A DNA stretch of 60,378 nt from an uncultured Clavibacter sp. (GCA_964500885.1 CAZCQR010000001.1:1-60378), one strand, 5' to 3'. Positions 50,056-60,152 are shown, counted from the first letter of the stretch. Notes: generated by a model not told the origin, from the letters alone. Translations and numbers: made by a program.

Positions 50056-52529
50056 AGCTACCTCTATCCTGGATTCAGGAATTCGTGACAATTCCAAAGA
50101 CGATCACCACAGAGAAAATCGTGGCGGCCTTCGTGCGAGTTGGATTCGAAGTCGAAGATGTCATTAATCCGGCAGATTCAATCTCTGGGCCTATCAAGGT
50201 TGGTACCGTTAAAAGTATCGAAGAACTTGCAGGACATAAGAAGCCAATCAGATATGTAGGGCTAGATTTAAATGAAAAGAGTCTTCGTTACGTAATTTGC
50301 GGAGCCACAAATTTCAAAGTTGGAGATCAAGTCGTAGTAGCTCTTCCAGGGGCGATCCTTCCTGGCGGATTCGCAATTTCAGCAAGAGAAACTTATGGCA
50401 AATTGAGCAACGGCATGATTTGCTCCTCTAGAGAGCTTGATCTGAGCGACGAACATAATGGAATTATTGTTTTAAAGGGGAAATTTAAGAATGGCAGCGA
50501 TGCGCTAACTGCGCTGAATGCAAACGACCCGATCTTTGACGTGTCAATTAACCCAGATCGCGGTTACGCGATGTCGGTACGTGGACTTTCTCGTGAACTT
50601 GCCATGTCACTAAATCTTCCATTTAAAGATATTGACTTTAAGAAGATTGAAAATACCCTATCTCGCAAGGTTAAGGCGCGCGCTGGCAAGAAAATTCAAG
50701 TTGAAATTGTAGATAAAACTGGCGCAGATCAAATCTGGGTTCGAACTTTAAGCGGATATGACGTGACAGCACCATCACCAAGTTGGATGGTTAATCGCTT
50801 GAATCAATGTGGAGTACGTTCCATCTCCCTTGCAGTCGACATAACAAATTACGTAATGTTGGAATTAGGTCAACCATTACATGCCTTTGACGCAGGGAAG
50901 ATAAGCGAGAAACTGTTGGTTCAAAGAGCAGGTAAGTTTCGCGAGCTAACAACTCTAGATGGACAGAAGCGCAAACTTTCACCTGATGATTTACTTATCG
51001 CAGATGGAAAGAATCCGTTAGCGCTCGCTGGAATAATGGGCGGTCAAGATAGTGAGATATCAGAATCAACCACCGGAATTGCGCTAGAAGCTACTCATTT
51101 CTTCTCCAATGCCATTGCTCAGAATTCGCGTCGCCATATGCTTTCATCCGAAGCCTCTCGAAGATTTGAGCGAGGCGTCGATCCCGCACTTGCGAAAGTT
51201 GCATCGGCTCGGGCCACCCAGTTGCTGATGGATTTAGGTGGCGCCACTTACGTTGGTTCGACTACCAAGGGCGTCGTTGCAAAATTTCCTACGATAACTT
51301 TGAATCCAAAAGAGATATCGCGGTTAGTCGGAACTGAATATTCCCCAACAGAAGTAAACAAGGCGCTCATCGCAATCGGATGCAGAGTTACCAAGGGGCA
51401 AGGCTCATGGAAGATTTCGCCACCAACTTGGCGAGCCGATTTAGAGAATTCGGCGGATTTGGCTGAAGAAGTTGCGAGGTTCTTTGGATATGACCGCATT
51501 CCATCGGTTCTTCCTAATGTTAAACAAGATGGAAAATCTGGATTGTCTTATCTGCAGAAACGCAGGCGGTCGCTATCTATTTCCCTTGCCAATCGTGGTT
51601 TTACCGAGGTTCATAACTATCCATTTACAAACGAAAAGCAGATAGAACTTTTTGGTTTCACCGGAGATCGAGCCAAAGCGTTCCGAATCGCTAATCCAAT
51701 ATCGGATGAGTTTCCGCTGCTCCGCACTCATCTATCGCCAGGATTACTAGCAACCGCGAAGCGAAATATTGATAGAGGTGCGAAATCAGTCGCTCTATTT
51801 GAAAGCGGCTTAATTTTCAGAGATATTAAGAATTTGAAAGACTTTAAATTCGTTTCCACTAAGAAACGGCCATCAGTTAAGGAAATTGATGAGATTTATC
51901 AAAACGTTCCATTTCAATCTCTTCATATTGGCGCTGTCGTATCAGGAGAAATTGAGGAGTCTGGCTGGTGGGGTAAAGGTAGAGCCGGTTCTTGGGAAGA
52001 CGCGGTCGAAATTACACATTCACTTTTGAGTGAGATAGTTGATGAATTTTCTGTAATCAATACAGAACTTCCACCTTGGCATCCGGGTCGGTGTGCGGAA
52101 TTTAGGATTGGTGATAAACCAGTAGCACACGCTGGTGAAATTCATCCACGGATCTTGGAAGCGATGGGATTGCCGCCAAGGACTATCTTCTTTGCGATAG
52201 TTCTAGATGGTATTCCAGAACGTAATCAGGTTAAAGCAATACCGGTATCAACTATGCCGGCGGCGATTCAGGACATATCACTGTATGTGCCAAAAAATGT
52301 TCCGGCTTCAGAAGTGGCAAAAGCTTTGAAACTTGGCGCAGGTCCGTTGCTTGAAGAAATTTCGTTGTTTGATCGATTCGAAGCTGCTGATTCGCAAGAG
52401 GTGTCGCTCGCATTTACGTTGAAATTCCGGGCGGCAGATAGAACATTAACGAGTGAAGAAGTTTCCGTGCTTCGAGAGAACGCCGGCAAATCAGCTACCG
52501 CCAAAGTGGGAGCTCGAATAAGAGGCTAG
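50052..52529 (+). CDS. pheT: Phenylalanine--tRNA ligase beta subunit
   Basis: 825 aa starting MKLPLSWI, with tRNA-binding, B3/4, B5 and FDX-ACB domains in order. ATGA overlap with pheS. Confidence 0.95.
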   Translation: MKLPLSWIQEFVTIPKTITTEKIVAAFVRVGFEVEDVINPADSISGPIKVGTVKSIEELAGHKKPIRYVGLDLNEKSLRYVICGATNFKVGDQVVVALPGAILPGGFAISARETYGKLSNGMICSSRELDLSDEHNGIIVLKGKFKNGSDALTALNANDPIFDVSINPDRGYAMSVRGLSRELAMSLNLPFKDIDFKKIENTLSRKVKARAGKKIQVEIVDKTGADQIWVRTLSGYDVTAPSPSWMVNRLNQCGVRSISLAVDITNYVMLELGQPLHAFDAGKISEKLLVQRAGKFRELTTLDGQKRKLSPDDLLIADGKNPLALAGIMGGQDSEISESTTGIALEATHFFSNAIAQNSRRHMLSSEASRRFERGVDPALAKVASARATQLLMDLGGATYVGSTTKGVVAKFPTITLNPKEISRLVGTEYSPTEVNKALIAIGCRVTKGQGSWKISPPTWRADLENSADLAEEVARFFGYDRIPSVLPNVKQDGKSGLSYLQKRRRSLSISLANRGFTEVHNYPFTNEKQIELFGFTGDRAKAFRIANPISDEFPLLRTHLSPGLLATAKRNIDRGAKSVALFESGLIFRDIKNLKDFKFVSTKKRPSVKEIDEIYQNVPFQSLHIGAVVSGEIEESGWWGKGRAGSWEDAVEITHSLLSEIVDEFSVINTELPPWHPGRCAEFRIGDKPVAHAGEIHPRILEAMGLPPRTIFFAIVLDGIPERNQVKAIPVSTMPAAIQDISLYVPKNVPASEVAKALKLGAGPLLEEISLFDRFEAADSQEVSLAFTLKFRAADRTLTSEEVSVLRENAGKSATAKVGARIRG

Positions 52530-52563
52530 TGCATAAATATGCAAGAAATTGCATCTTTATGCA
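52530..52563. promoter_or_regulatory. Two tandem ARG boxes (ArgR operator) in front of argC
   Basis: TGCATAAATATGCA (52530-52543) and TGCATCTTTATGCA (52550-52563) are two 14-bp palindromes of TGCAT-N4-ATGCA type. Their centres are 20 bp apart, which is classic ARG-box geometry and sequence. Confidence 0.6.
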
Positions 52564-52571
52564 TCCAGATA

Positions 52572-52577
52572 TAGGCT
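52572..52577 (+). promoter_or_regulatory. Candidate -10 hexamer TAGGCT, 6 nt upstream of the argC ATG
   Basis: TAGGCT-N6-ATG (52584) with no SD. The ARG boxes lie over the -35 region. Confidence 0.45.
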
Positions 52578-52583
52578 CTGGCT

Positions 52584-53603
52584 ATGCGGATTGGGATTGT
52601 CGGAGCAAGTGGCTATGCCGGTGGGGAACTACTTCGTTTGCTCGCAAATCATCCTGAATTTGAAGCCACTTACATCGCAGCTGGAAATAGTGCGGGCGAA
52701 GATGTGACTGCAGTTCACGGACATCTTTCAACTTATGCGGGGAGAAAATTCTCTCAAACAGATGTAGCAGAGCTATCAGAACTTGATTTGATATTTCTAG
52801 CGTTACCTCATGGCGAGTCAGGCAAAATAGTTGAAAGCATTAATAGATCCATACCGATAGTCGATCTCGGTGCAGATTATCGATTAAACAGTAAGGATAA
52901 GTGGGAGAAGTACTATGGCGGAAATTACGCCGGTAAATGGGTATATGGCCTACCGGAACTTCCAGGGCAGAGATCCCAGATTAAGAATGCAAAACGAATT
53001 GCCAATCCGGGTTGCTATGCAACCGCAATTAACTTGGCAGTAATTCCAGCATTGCAGCATAGATGTATTGAAGCTTCAGATATAACAGTTGTTGCCGCAA
53101 GTGGTACAACGGGAGCGGGAAGATCAAGCAAAGTATCGCTTAGTGCGAGTGAAGTAATGAACTCCTTAGTTTCCTATAAATTTGGAGGAGTACATCAACA
53201 TACTCCAGAAATCGAAGAGGCATTAAGTGGATTGTCCGATTCGGAGGTAAAGATCTCCTTCACTCCGATTCTTGCTCCGATGCCTAGGGGAATATTGGCA
53301 ACCGTTACCGCCAAATGTAATAGAAATGAAGATTTCATTAGAAATATTTATCATTCTCAGTACGAGGATGAAACCTTTATTCAAGTGTTGCCTCAAGGTC
53401 AGATGCCGGAAACTTCATCAGTTATTGGATCAAATTCCACACAGCTTCAAGTTGCAGTAGACGAACATACTTCTCGATTAATTGTTTCGGTTGCTATTGA
53501 TAATTTGGGCAAAGGGGCAGCTGGGCAGGCGATACAAAATGCAAACTTAATCTGCGGTTTTCCTGAGGAACTCGGATTGTCAGTGCTGGGTATTGGACAA
53601 TGA
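52584..53603 (+). CDS. argC: N-acetyl-gamma-glutamyl-phosphate reductase
   Basis: 339 aa with GASGYAGGEL and the catalytic Cys block NPGCYAT. Confidence 0.95.
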   Translation: MRIGIVGASGYAGGELLRLLANHPEFEATYIAAGNSAGEDVTAVHGHLSTYAGRKFSQTDVAELSELDLIFLALPHGESGKIVESINRSIPIVDLGADYRLNSKDKWEKYYGGNYAGKWVYGLPELPGQRSQIKNAKRIANPGCYATAINLAVIPALQHRCIEASDITVVAASGTTGAGRSSKVSLSASEVMNSLVSYKFGGVHQHTPEIEEALSGLSDSEVKISFTPILAPMPRGILATVTAKCNRNEDFIRNIYHSQYEDETFIQVLPQGQMPETSSVIGSNSTQLQVAVDEHTSRLIVSVAIDNLGKGAAGQAIQNANLICGFPEELGLSVLGIGQ

Positions 53604-54748
53604 ACCTACCTAAGGGATTTCTAGGCGCTGGAATAAGTGCTGGTTTAAAGAAAAGTGGCGCTAAAGATCTCGCCTTAATCGTAAATACCGGTCCCGACTA
53701 TTTTTGTGCTGGGGTATTCACTTCAAATCAAGTGATTGCGGCGCCAGTTATCTGGACCCGTAATCATTTAACTAAAAATTCGGCGCGCGCTGTATTGATA
53801 AACAGCGGAGGTGCAAATGCCTGTACAGGCGAAGAAGGTTTGAAAGATACCGAAAAATCTGCCGAGAAGGTTGCGACTGAATTACAGATCTCAAAAGATG
53901 AAGTGGCAATCTGTTCAACTGGGATGATTGGCGTTAGATTGCAAATGGAAAAGCTGCTACCAGGAATTGAGGCAGCCGCAAAAGCGATAACTGAGAGTTC
54001 AGTTAATGATTGCGCGGAAGCAATAATGACAACAGATTCACAACCAAAAATTGCGGAATATCTTCTTGAAGATGGTGTTAAGTTTCTTGGGATTGCTAAA
54101 GGCGCTGGAATGCTCGCTCCATCCTTAGCAACCATGATTTCGGTAATTATGACCGACGCCGTGATAGATCCGAAATTTGGACAGAGGATCTTGGAAGAAG
54201 TGTGTGAAAAAACTTTCAATCGCATAGATTCAGATGGCTGTACCTCTACCAATGACACGGTTCTATTTTTGGCTTCCGGAGCATCGGGTGTGAGCATTGA
54301 TAATGATGTTGTTTATAAAGGAATTTTTGAAATCAGCAAGAGGCTATCTCGGAAATTGATTGAAGATGCTGAAGGAAATACCAAAGTAATTGAAATTGAA
54401 GTTCGCAATGCTAGGAGCGAACGAGATGCTGTTGAAATTGGCAGATCCTGCGCTAGAAATAATCTTCTTAAATGCGCGATTAATGGCGAGGATCCCAACT
54501 GGGGACGCGTTTTGGCGGCAGTAGGAACAACAAGGGCTGTATTTGATCCACAAAATATTGATGTCACACTCAATGGCGTCATGGTTTGCCGAAAGAGCCA
54601 ACCAGGCGACGATCGCGCTTTAGTAAATTTAAAGGGTAAAGAAGTTCATATATTGATTGATTTACATGCCGGAACCGAGCGCGCTTCAATACTAACTAAC
54701 GATCTCTCTGCCGATTACGTTCACGAAAATGCGGCATATTCAACATGA
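53600..54748 (+). CDS. argJ: Bifunctional ornithine acetyltransferase / N-acetylglutamate synthase
   Basis: 382 aa with the autoproteolysis site block LATMISVIMTDA. ATGA overlap with argC. Confidence 0.95.
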   Translation: MNLPKGFLGAGISAGLKKSGAKDLALIVNTGPDYFCAGVFTSNQVIAAPVIWTRNHLTKNSARAVLINSGGANACTGEEGLKDTEKSAEKVATELQISKDEVAICSTGMIGVRLQMEKLLPGIEAAAKAITESSVNDCAEAIMTTDSQPKIAEYLLEDGVKFLGIAKGAGMLAPSLATMISVIMTDAVIDPKFGQRILEEVCEKTFNRIDSDGCTSTNDTVLFLASGASGVSIDNDVVYKGIFEISKRLSRKLIEDAEGNTKVIEIEVRNARSERDAVEIGRSCARNNLLKCAINGEDPNWGRVLAAVGTTRAVFDPQNIDVTLNGVMVCRKSQPGDDRALVNLKGKEVHILIDLHAGTERASILTNDLSADYVHENAAYST

Positions 54749-55500
54749 TCCTAATCAAATTGGGCGGTCATGCAATGGGTGAATCCTCTGAATGGGTTAA
54801 TTCCATTAAATCGAAATGGCAATCCGGTGAGAGATTCGTTCTGGTACATGGCGGAGGCCCACAGATTGATGCCGCGCTAAAGAGTCAGAATATTTCTTCT
54901 GAGTTTAAAGATGGGCTAAGGGTCACTAGCCCTGATGCAATGCAAATAGTTGAGCAAACACTTACCGGAAACGTGCAACGAAGAATTGTTGATGAACTGC
55001 GGAGATTCGGCTTACCTGCCGTTGGAATCTCGGGTTCTGATGGTGAAACCCTAATGGCCGTTATCAAGAGTAATGGAGATTACGGATTAGTTGGAGATAT
55101 AACATCAGTTGATTCGAAACTTTTGGTCACTTTGATTGGGGCTGGATACTTGCCCGTTATATCTCCAATCGCAACGAATTCAGAGGGTGAAGTACTTAAT
55201 GTAAATGCCGATATCGCCGCAGGCGCCATCGCGGGCGCTCTTGGTGTCGATGAAATCATCTTTATGACAGATGTGTCAGGAATTTATTTGAATTGGCCAG
55301 ATAAGGATTCCTTAATAGAGAAGATTTCAATTTCAGATCTGGAAAGTATGAGCTTTACCGAGGGAATGATTCCTAAAGTGGAGGCTGTTATTAATGCAAT
55401 TCGAAGTGGAGCTGGATCGGCGCGAATCATCGATGGAAGGAACCCTCTAGCTTTTTCTATGGCTCTGGAGAAATCAGGCGGAACTTGGATTCAAAAATGA
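54745..55500 (+). CDS. argB: Acetylglutamate kinase (short form lacking an N-terminal extension)
   Basis: 251 aa. It starts directly at beta-1 (ILIKLGGHAM), followed by VHGGGPQI and NVNADIAAGAIA. ATGA overlap with argJ. Confidence 0.92.
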   Translation: MILIKLGGHAMGESSEWVNSIKSKWQSGERFVLVHGGGPQIDAALKSQNISSEFKDGLRVTSPDAMQIVEQTLTGNVQRRIVDELRRFGLPAVGISGSDGETLMAVIKSNGDYGLVGDITSVDSKLLVTLIGAGYLPVISPIATNSEGEVLNVNADIAAGAIAGALGVDEIIFMTDVSGIYLNWPDKDSLIEKISISDLESMSFTEGMIPKVEAVINAIRSGAGSARIIDGRNPLAFSMALEKSGGTWIQK

Positions 55501-56672
55501 GATCTAAAGAATTGAAGAAGCGCTGGGAAAGCGCCATGCAATCTACTTACGCAACACCGGATTTACTCATTTCATCTGCAAAAGGAAGTCGTTTGAAAGA
55601 TTCAGCCGGCATGGAATATCTAGATCTGCTGGGCGGAATTGCGACTAACGCCTTGGGTCATAATCACCCGAAAATAGTGAGCGCTGTTACCAAACAGATG
55701 AAAAGATTTAGCCATCTATCGAATATCTATGGTCATAAACCTGGAATCGAGCTTGCAGAGAAATTGATAAAGATGATTGGCGATGATTCGGCCCGCGTGT
55801 ATTTCTGCAACTCCGGAACTGAGGCTGTTGAAGCGGCTATAAAACTCTCGCGGTTAACAGGAAGAAAAAAAATTATCTCAGCTAAGGGTTCTTTTCATGG
55901 CAGAACAATGGGTGCACTATCGTTAACTGCACAGCCGAGTAAACAGAGACCATTTCTTCCATTGCTTCCTAAAGTCAAGCATGTGGAATATGGAGATTTA
56001 AAGTCGCTTCGTAGAAAGATTTCAAAGAGAACAGCGATGGTAATTCTCGAACCCATTATGGGTGAGGCTGGAGTAGTAGTGCCGCCTTCGGGATATTTGA
56101 AGGCCGTCCGACAATTGTGTGACAAGTTCGGAGTACTGCTTGCCTTTGATTGCGTTCAAACTGGGATGGGGCGAACTGGAACCTGGTTCGGTTACGAAGA
56201 TGATGGAATAAAACCAGACCTCATCACAATTGCTAAAGGTATCGGGGGCGGACTTCCACTAGGCGCCATGATTTCGATCGGCGTCGATAAAAACCTATTT
56301 CTACCTGGCAGTCATGGAAGTACATTTGGTGGTAATCCGATCGCTTGCGCTGCAGCTAATGCGGTAATAACTGAGATCTCAAGAAAAAATTACTTAATTT
56401 CCAATCGGAAAAAAGGTGAATTCTTTATTGAGAGCCTTAAAAAGTTGAATGGCGTTAAAGAAGCTAGAGGCAAAGGATTACTGATAGGAATAGAGCTATA
56501 TAAACCTCAAGCGAAGATTATTGCCAAACGTCTTGAAAAATTGGGGTACCTAGTTAATGCGGTAAACGAAAATGTTCTCCGGCTGGCTCCTTCATATCTG
56601 ATTACAGATTCGGAAATCAAGAAGTTTGTGCAGGCGCTAAAACTAGTTCTGGAGGGAATCGATAATGACTAA
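55497..56672 (+). CDS. argD: Acetylornithine aminotransferase
   Basis: Class III aminotransferase with FCNSGTEAVEAAIKL and the PLP-lysine block DLITIAKGIGGG. ATG 55497 forms an ATGA overlap with the argB stop. The track start is TTG 55485. Confidence 0.93.
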   Translation: MRSKELKKRWESAMQSTYATPDLLISSAKGSRLKDSAGMEYLDLLGGIATNALGHNHPKIVSAVTKQMKRFSHLSNIYGHKPGIELAEKLIKMIGDDSARVYFCNSGTEAVEAAIKLSRLTGRKKIISAKGSFHGRTMGALSLTAQPSKQRPFLPLLPKVKHVEYGDLKSLRRKISKRTAMVILEPIMGEAGVVVPPSGYLKAVRQLCDKFGVLLAFDCVQTGMGRTGTWFGYEDDGIKPDLITIAKGIGGGLPLGAMISIGVDKNLFLPGSHGSTFGGNPIACAAANAVITEISRKNYLISNRKKGEFFIESLKKLNGVKEARGKGLLIGIELYKPQAKIIAKRLEKLGYLVNAVNENVLRLAPSYLITDSEIKKFVQALKLVLEGIDND

Positions 56673-57183
56673 ATCACTTTCGAGCGCAGCAAGGAGAGCG
56701 TTGATGGTCTCGCTGATTAATAAAGGGTTGATTAAATCGCAAAGTGATTTAGTTAAGCAGTTAAGTAAGGCTGGAGTTAAAGTTACTCAGGCAACTGCAA
56801 GCCGGGATTTGGAAGAAGTCGGCGCCGTCAGAGGGCCAGATGTAAATGGTGAAGTTAGATATCAGATGCCAAGCGAGATATCGCCACTGAATCTTTCACC
56901 TAACCAGTTCAATAGACTTTCAGATAGTTTAATTTTGAAAATGGAGAGCAGTGGAAATCTAGTAGTAATAGGAACTCCGCCAGGTGCAGCTGCGATGATC
57001 GGAGGCTCTATTGATAGAGCGATTGCCAAATCTGATTTGAAGCAGGTTATCGGAACGATTGCTGGTGACGATACAGTCCTTGTGATCACTAGAAATAGTA
57101 AGGGCGGGGCGGCTGCAAAGAAAGAATTAAAAACGTTTTTTGATAAGAGTTTCTCAAATAGCAGGAAGATGGGTAAAAAATAA
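56665..57183 (+). CDS. argR: Arginine repressor
   Basis: 172 aa with an N-terminal winged helix (SQSDLVKQLSKAGVKVTQATASRDLEEVGAV) and the C-terminal oligomerisation/arginine block GTIAGDDTVLVI. Confidence 0.92.
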   Translation: MTKSLSSAARRALMVSLINKGLIKSQSDLVKQLSKAGVKVTQATASRDLEEVGAVRGPDVNGEVRYQMPSEISPLNLSPNQFNRLSDSLILKMESSGNLVVIGTPPGAAAMIGGSIDRAIAKSDLKQVIGTIAGDDTVLVITRNSKGGAAAKKELKTFFDKSFSNSRKMGKK

Positions 57184-58610
57184 TGGCACTTTGGGGCGGT
57201 AGGTTCACGGGCAAAATTGATGACGCAATGTTTCGATTATCAAAGAGTACCGATATTGATTGGGAGCTGGCGCCATATGACATTGCGGGATCTCTCGCTC
57301 ACCTCGCCGAATTAGAGAAAGCAGAAATTATCAGCAAAGAAGTTGCTCTGAGGATTAGATCAGAGTTGCAGAACATGATGACTGAGGTGCTAAATAGTTC
57401 CCTTAGCCCAAAAGAGAATGATGAGGATGTTCATTCCGCACTTGAGCGTATTCTCTTGGAACGAGTCGGGCACGATGCTGGAAAGATTAGGGCGGGAAGA
57501 TCTCGAAATGATCAAGTTGCTACTGATTTTAAGTTGTATCTACTTGATCATATGGCCGAGGTCGCTAGTGAAATAACTAAGCTAGCAAGCGCAATTCTTG
57601 TTCAGGCCGAAAAACATTTAAAGACTGTTGCGCCCGGATTTACTCATTTACAACATGCGCAACCTGTGACATTTGGACAAGAGTTAAGTAAGCACGCCTT
57701 CTCTCTCGAACGTGATTTAGATCGAATTGAAAAATGGTTTCAAAGAAGCAATCTCTCCCCATTAGGTGCAGGAGCACTCTCAGGCACCTCGCTGCCAATT
57801 TCACCGGAATCGACAGCAAAGAGTCTGGGATTTTCGGGAGCAACTCTAAATAGTATCGATGCGGTATCGGATCGCGATTTTGCAGCTGAGGCTCTCTTTA
57901 TTCTTGCTCTTATCGGAGTGCATCTATCTCGCATCGGAGAAGAATGGACAATCTGGTCGACCTCAGAATTTGGTTGGGCAATATTGGACGATTCATTCGC
58001 TACTGGATCATCAATCATGCCGCAGAAAAAGAATCCAGATATTGCTGAACTTGCACGAGGAAAAGCAGGACCACTAATTGGAAACTTAGTTGGATTACTA
58101 ACAACTCTCAAAGGTTTACCTTTTGCCTACAATCGCGACTTACAAGAAGATAAAGCGTTAGCATTCTCATCAATCAATCATCTTTTAACTTTACTTCCTG
58201 CAGTTACCGGCATGGTTGCTTCCACGAAATTTGATGTTGAGAAGATGCGTGCGGCTGCGCCGCTTGGTTTTAGCCTGGCAACAGAGATTGCAGATTATCT
58301 GGTACGAAAGGGAATTCCATTTCCTGAGGCACATGAAGCAGCTGGCAAATGTGTCCAGATTTCAGAAAAGCTCGGTAAAACACTAGAGCAGCTCTCTGAT
58401 TCAGATTTCAAGAGCGCCCATCCAGAACTAGATGATTCAGTTCGTTCTGTGCTCACACTTGATAGCGCCATAAACGCTCGGTCTTCACTTAATGGAACTT
58501 CACCGAATTCAGTGTTGAATCAAATTAAGAGCGCTTCTGGTGACCTCGCCCGACATGAGAAATGGATATCCGACGCCGCGAAACGCTTTTCAGGCATGAT
58601 GAGCCAATGA
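57183..58610 (+). CDS. argH: Argininosuccinate lyase
   Basis: 475 aa starting MALWGGRF, with the fumarate-lyase signature GSSIMPQKKNPD. 1-nt overlap with the argR stop. Confidence 0.96.
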   Translation: MALWGGRFTGKIDDAMFRLSKSTDIDWELAPYDIAGSLAHLAELEKAEIISKEVALRIRSELQNMMTEVLNSSLSPKENDEDVHSALERILLERVGHDAGKIRAGRSRNDQVATDFKLYLLDHMAEVASEITKLASAILVQAEKHLKTVAPGFTHLQHAQPVTFGQELSKHAFSLERDLDRIEKWFQRSNLSPLGAGALSGTSLPISPESTAKSLGFSGATLNSIDAVSDRDFAAEALFILALIGVHLSRIGEEWTIWSTSEFGWAILDDSFATGSSIMPQKKNPDIAELARGKAGPLIGNLVGLLTTLKGLPFAYNRDLQEDKALAFSSINHLLTLLPAVTGMVASTKFDVEKMRAAAPLGFSLATEIADYLVRKGIPFPEAHEAAGKCVQISEKLGKTLEQLSDSDFKSAHPELDDSVRSVLTLDSAINARSSLNGTSPNSVLNQIKSASGDLARHEKWISDAAKRFSGMMSQ

Positions 58611-59878
58611 CAAGCGCTCTGTTATCCGATCTTGAATGGCGCGGCTCAATCGCCCAAACCACAGATCGCAAAGAGTTGGCCAACTTTCTAGATGGTGATA
58701 GTCGAACTGTTTATCTAGGTATAGATCCAACGGCACCCAGCATTCACTTAGGGAATTTAGTTGCGCTTACAGTTCTTCGTCGCTTTCAGTTAGCAGGCCA
58801 TAAACCGATTGCACTAGTTGGCGGAGCCACAGGTTTGGTGGGAGATCCAAGTGGTAGAAATTCAGAGCGGACCCTAAATGATGAGACAGTTGTTGCCCAA
58901 TGGGTCGATCGGATTCATCATCAACTTGAAGGATTTCTTGATTTCAAAGGCGTGAACGCCGCAGTAATGGCTAATAACCTTGATTGGACTGCTCCTGTAT
59001 CGGCTCTCCAATTCTTACGCGATATCGGAAAACATTTTTCCGTCAATCAGATGCTTGCAAAAGAATCGGTATCGGCACGTCTGGAATCAGGCGGAATTTC
59101 ATACACTGAGTTTTCTTACCAGGTGTTACAAGCCTTTGACTTCCTTGAACTGAACCGTAGAAATGAATGCTCATTGCAAATCGGCGGCAGCGATCAATGG
59201 GGAAATATTGTTGCCGGAGTCGATTTGATTCGGCGAGTTGAAGGAAAGAGCGCTCACGCATTAACAATTCCTTTGATGACAAAGAGTGATGGTTCAAAGT
59301 TTGGCAAGACAGCTGCCGGTGCCGTTTGGCTAGATCCAGAGATGACTTCACCATTTGCATTTTTCCAATTTTTCTTAAACTCCGATGATCGCGATGTTGA
59401 GAAACTTCTAAAAGCTTTCTCTTTCAAATCCAAAGATGAACTTGGAGGATTGATCGAATCGTTGAAGACCAACCCTGGTGCAAGAGAAGCACATCGTGCA
59501 CTTGCAAGAGAAGTAACAACGTTGATTCATGGTGAATCAGAAACGCAGAAAGTGGAAGAAGCAGCAAAGGCGCTCTTTGGACATGGAGATTTGCGAGAGC
59601 TTGATGCAAAAACTTTAGGTGGCGCACTTTCAGAATTGCCTAGAGTTGAATTAAGCAATTCATCTAATGTTCCATCTTGGGTTGATTTGATTACAACTGC
59701 GGGAGTTGTTGATTCCAAATCAGCAGCGCGGCGAATAATTAAAGAGGGCGGCGCTTATTTAAACAATATAAAAGTTACGACCGAGGATTTTGCGCCCTCA
59801 ATAAATGATTTCATCCACGGTAAATACTTAGTGCTCCGCAAAGGAAAGCGAGATCTTGCTGCCGTTGAGATCAAATAA
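58607..59878 (+). CDS. tyrS: Tyrosine--tRNA ligase
   Basis: HIGH-type block PTAPSIHLGN, KMSKS-type block KFGKT and a C-terminal S4 domain. ATG 58607 gives an ATGA overlap with argH. The track start at 58562 would add 15 residues inside argH. Confidence 0.95.
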   Translation: MTSALLSDLEWRGSIAQTTDRKELANFLDGDSRTVYLGIDPTAPSIHLGNLVALTVLRRFQLAGHKPIALVGGATGLVGDPSGRNSERTLNDETVVAQWVDRIHHQLEGFLDFKGVNAAVMANNLDWTAPVSALQFLRDIGKHFSVNQMLAKESVSARLESGGISYTEFSYQVLQAFDFLELNRRNECSLQIGGSDQWGNIVAGVDLIRRVEGKSAHALTIPLMTKSDGSKFGKTAAGAVWLDPEMTSPFAFFQFFLNSDDRDVEKLLKAFSFKSKDELGGLIESLKTNPGAREAHRALAREVTTLIHGESETQKVEEAAKALFGHGDLRELDAKTLGGALSELPRVELSNSSNVPSWVDLITTAGVVDSKSAARRIIKEGGAYLNNIKVTTEDFAPSINDFIHGKYLVLRKGKRDLAAVEIK

Positions 59879-60042
59879 TTTGCGCTAATTCTCAAGCATG
59901 ACTATTCTTAGTCCTCCGCTACGAAATCGGACTTCAACACCAGGCCGAGTAGCGAATTCCCCAAGAAACCAACGGTTTTTGCTGGATTTGGGCTCCCTTC
60001 AGATCATGAAGGAGGCCAAAAAAGCCTTAAAAATAGGGCGAT

Positions 60043-60071
60043 TTGACCGAATCTAGCTTGAGGCCTAAGTT
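60043..60071 (+). promoter_or_regulatory. Candidate rRNA operon promoter TTGACC-N17-TAAGTT
   Basis: Near-consensus -35 (60043-60048), a 17-nt spacer and a TAnnnT -10 (60066-60071), about 250 nt upstream of the 16S 5' end. Confidence 0.45.
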
Positions 60072-60152
60072 TCTCCTTCTGCCTCCAAAAGGGGCAGAAA
60101 AGGTCGTGCCCTGCCAATGGTCGTAAGGCCAAGAATCGGTGCGCACCCGTAC

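Noticed and set aside
52584-58610. Absence of argF and argG from the arg cluster (argC-J-B-D-R then argH).
   Set aside because: M. tuberculosis has argCJBDFRGH, but as far as I recall Streptomyces has argCJBDR with argF and argG elsewhere. Since the whole window follows the Streptomyces-type order, this is most likely ancestral organisation rather than pathway loss. It can be settled only by a whole-genome search.
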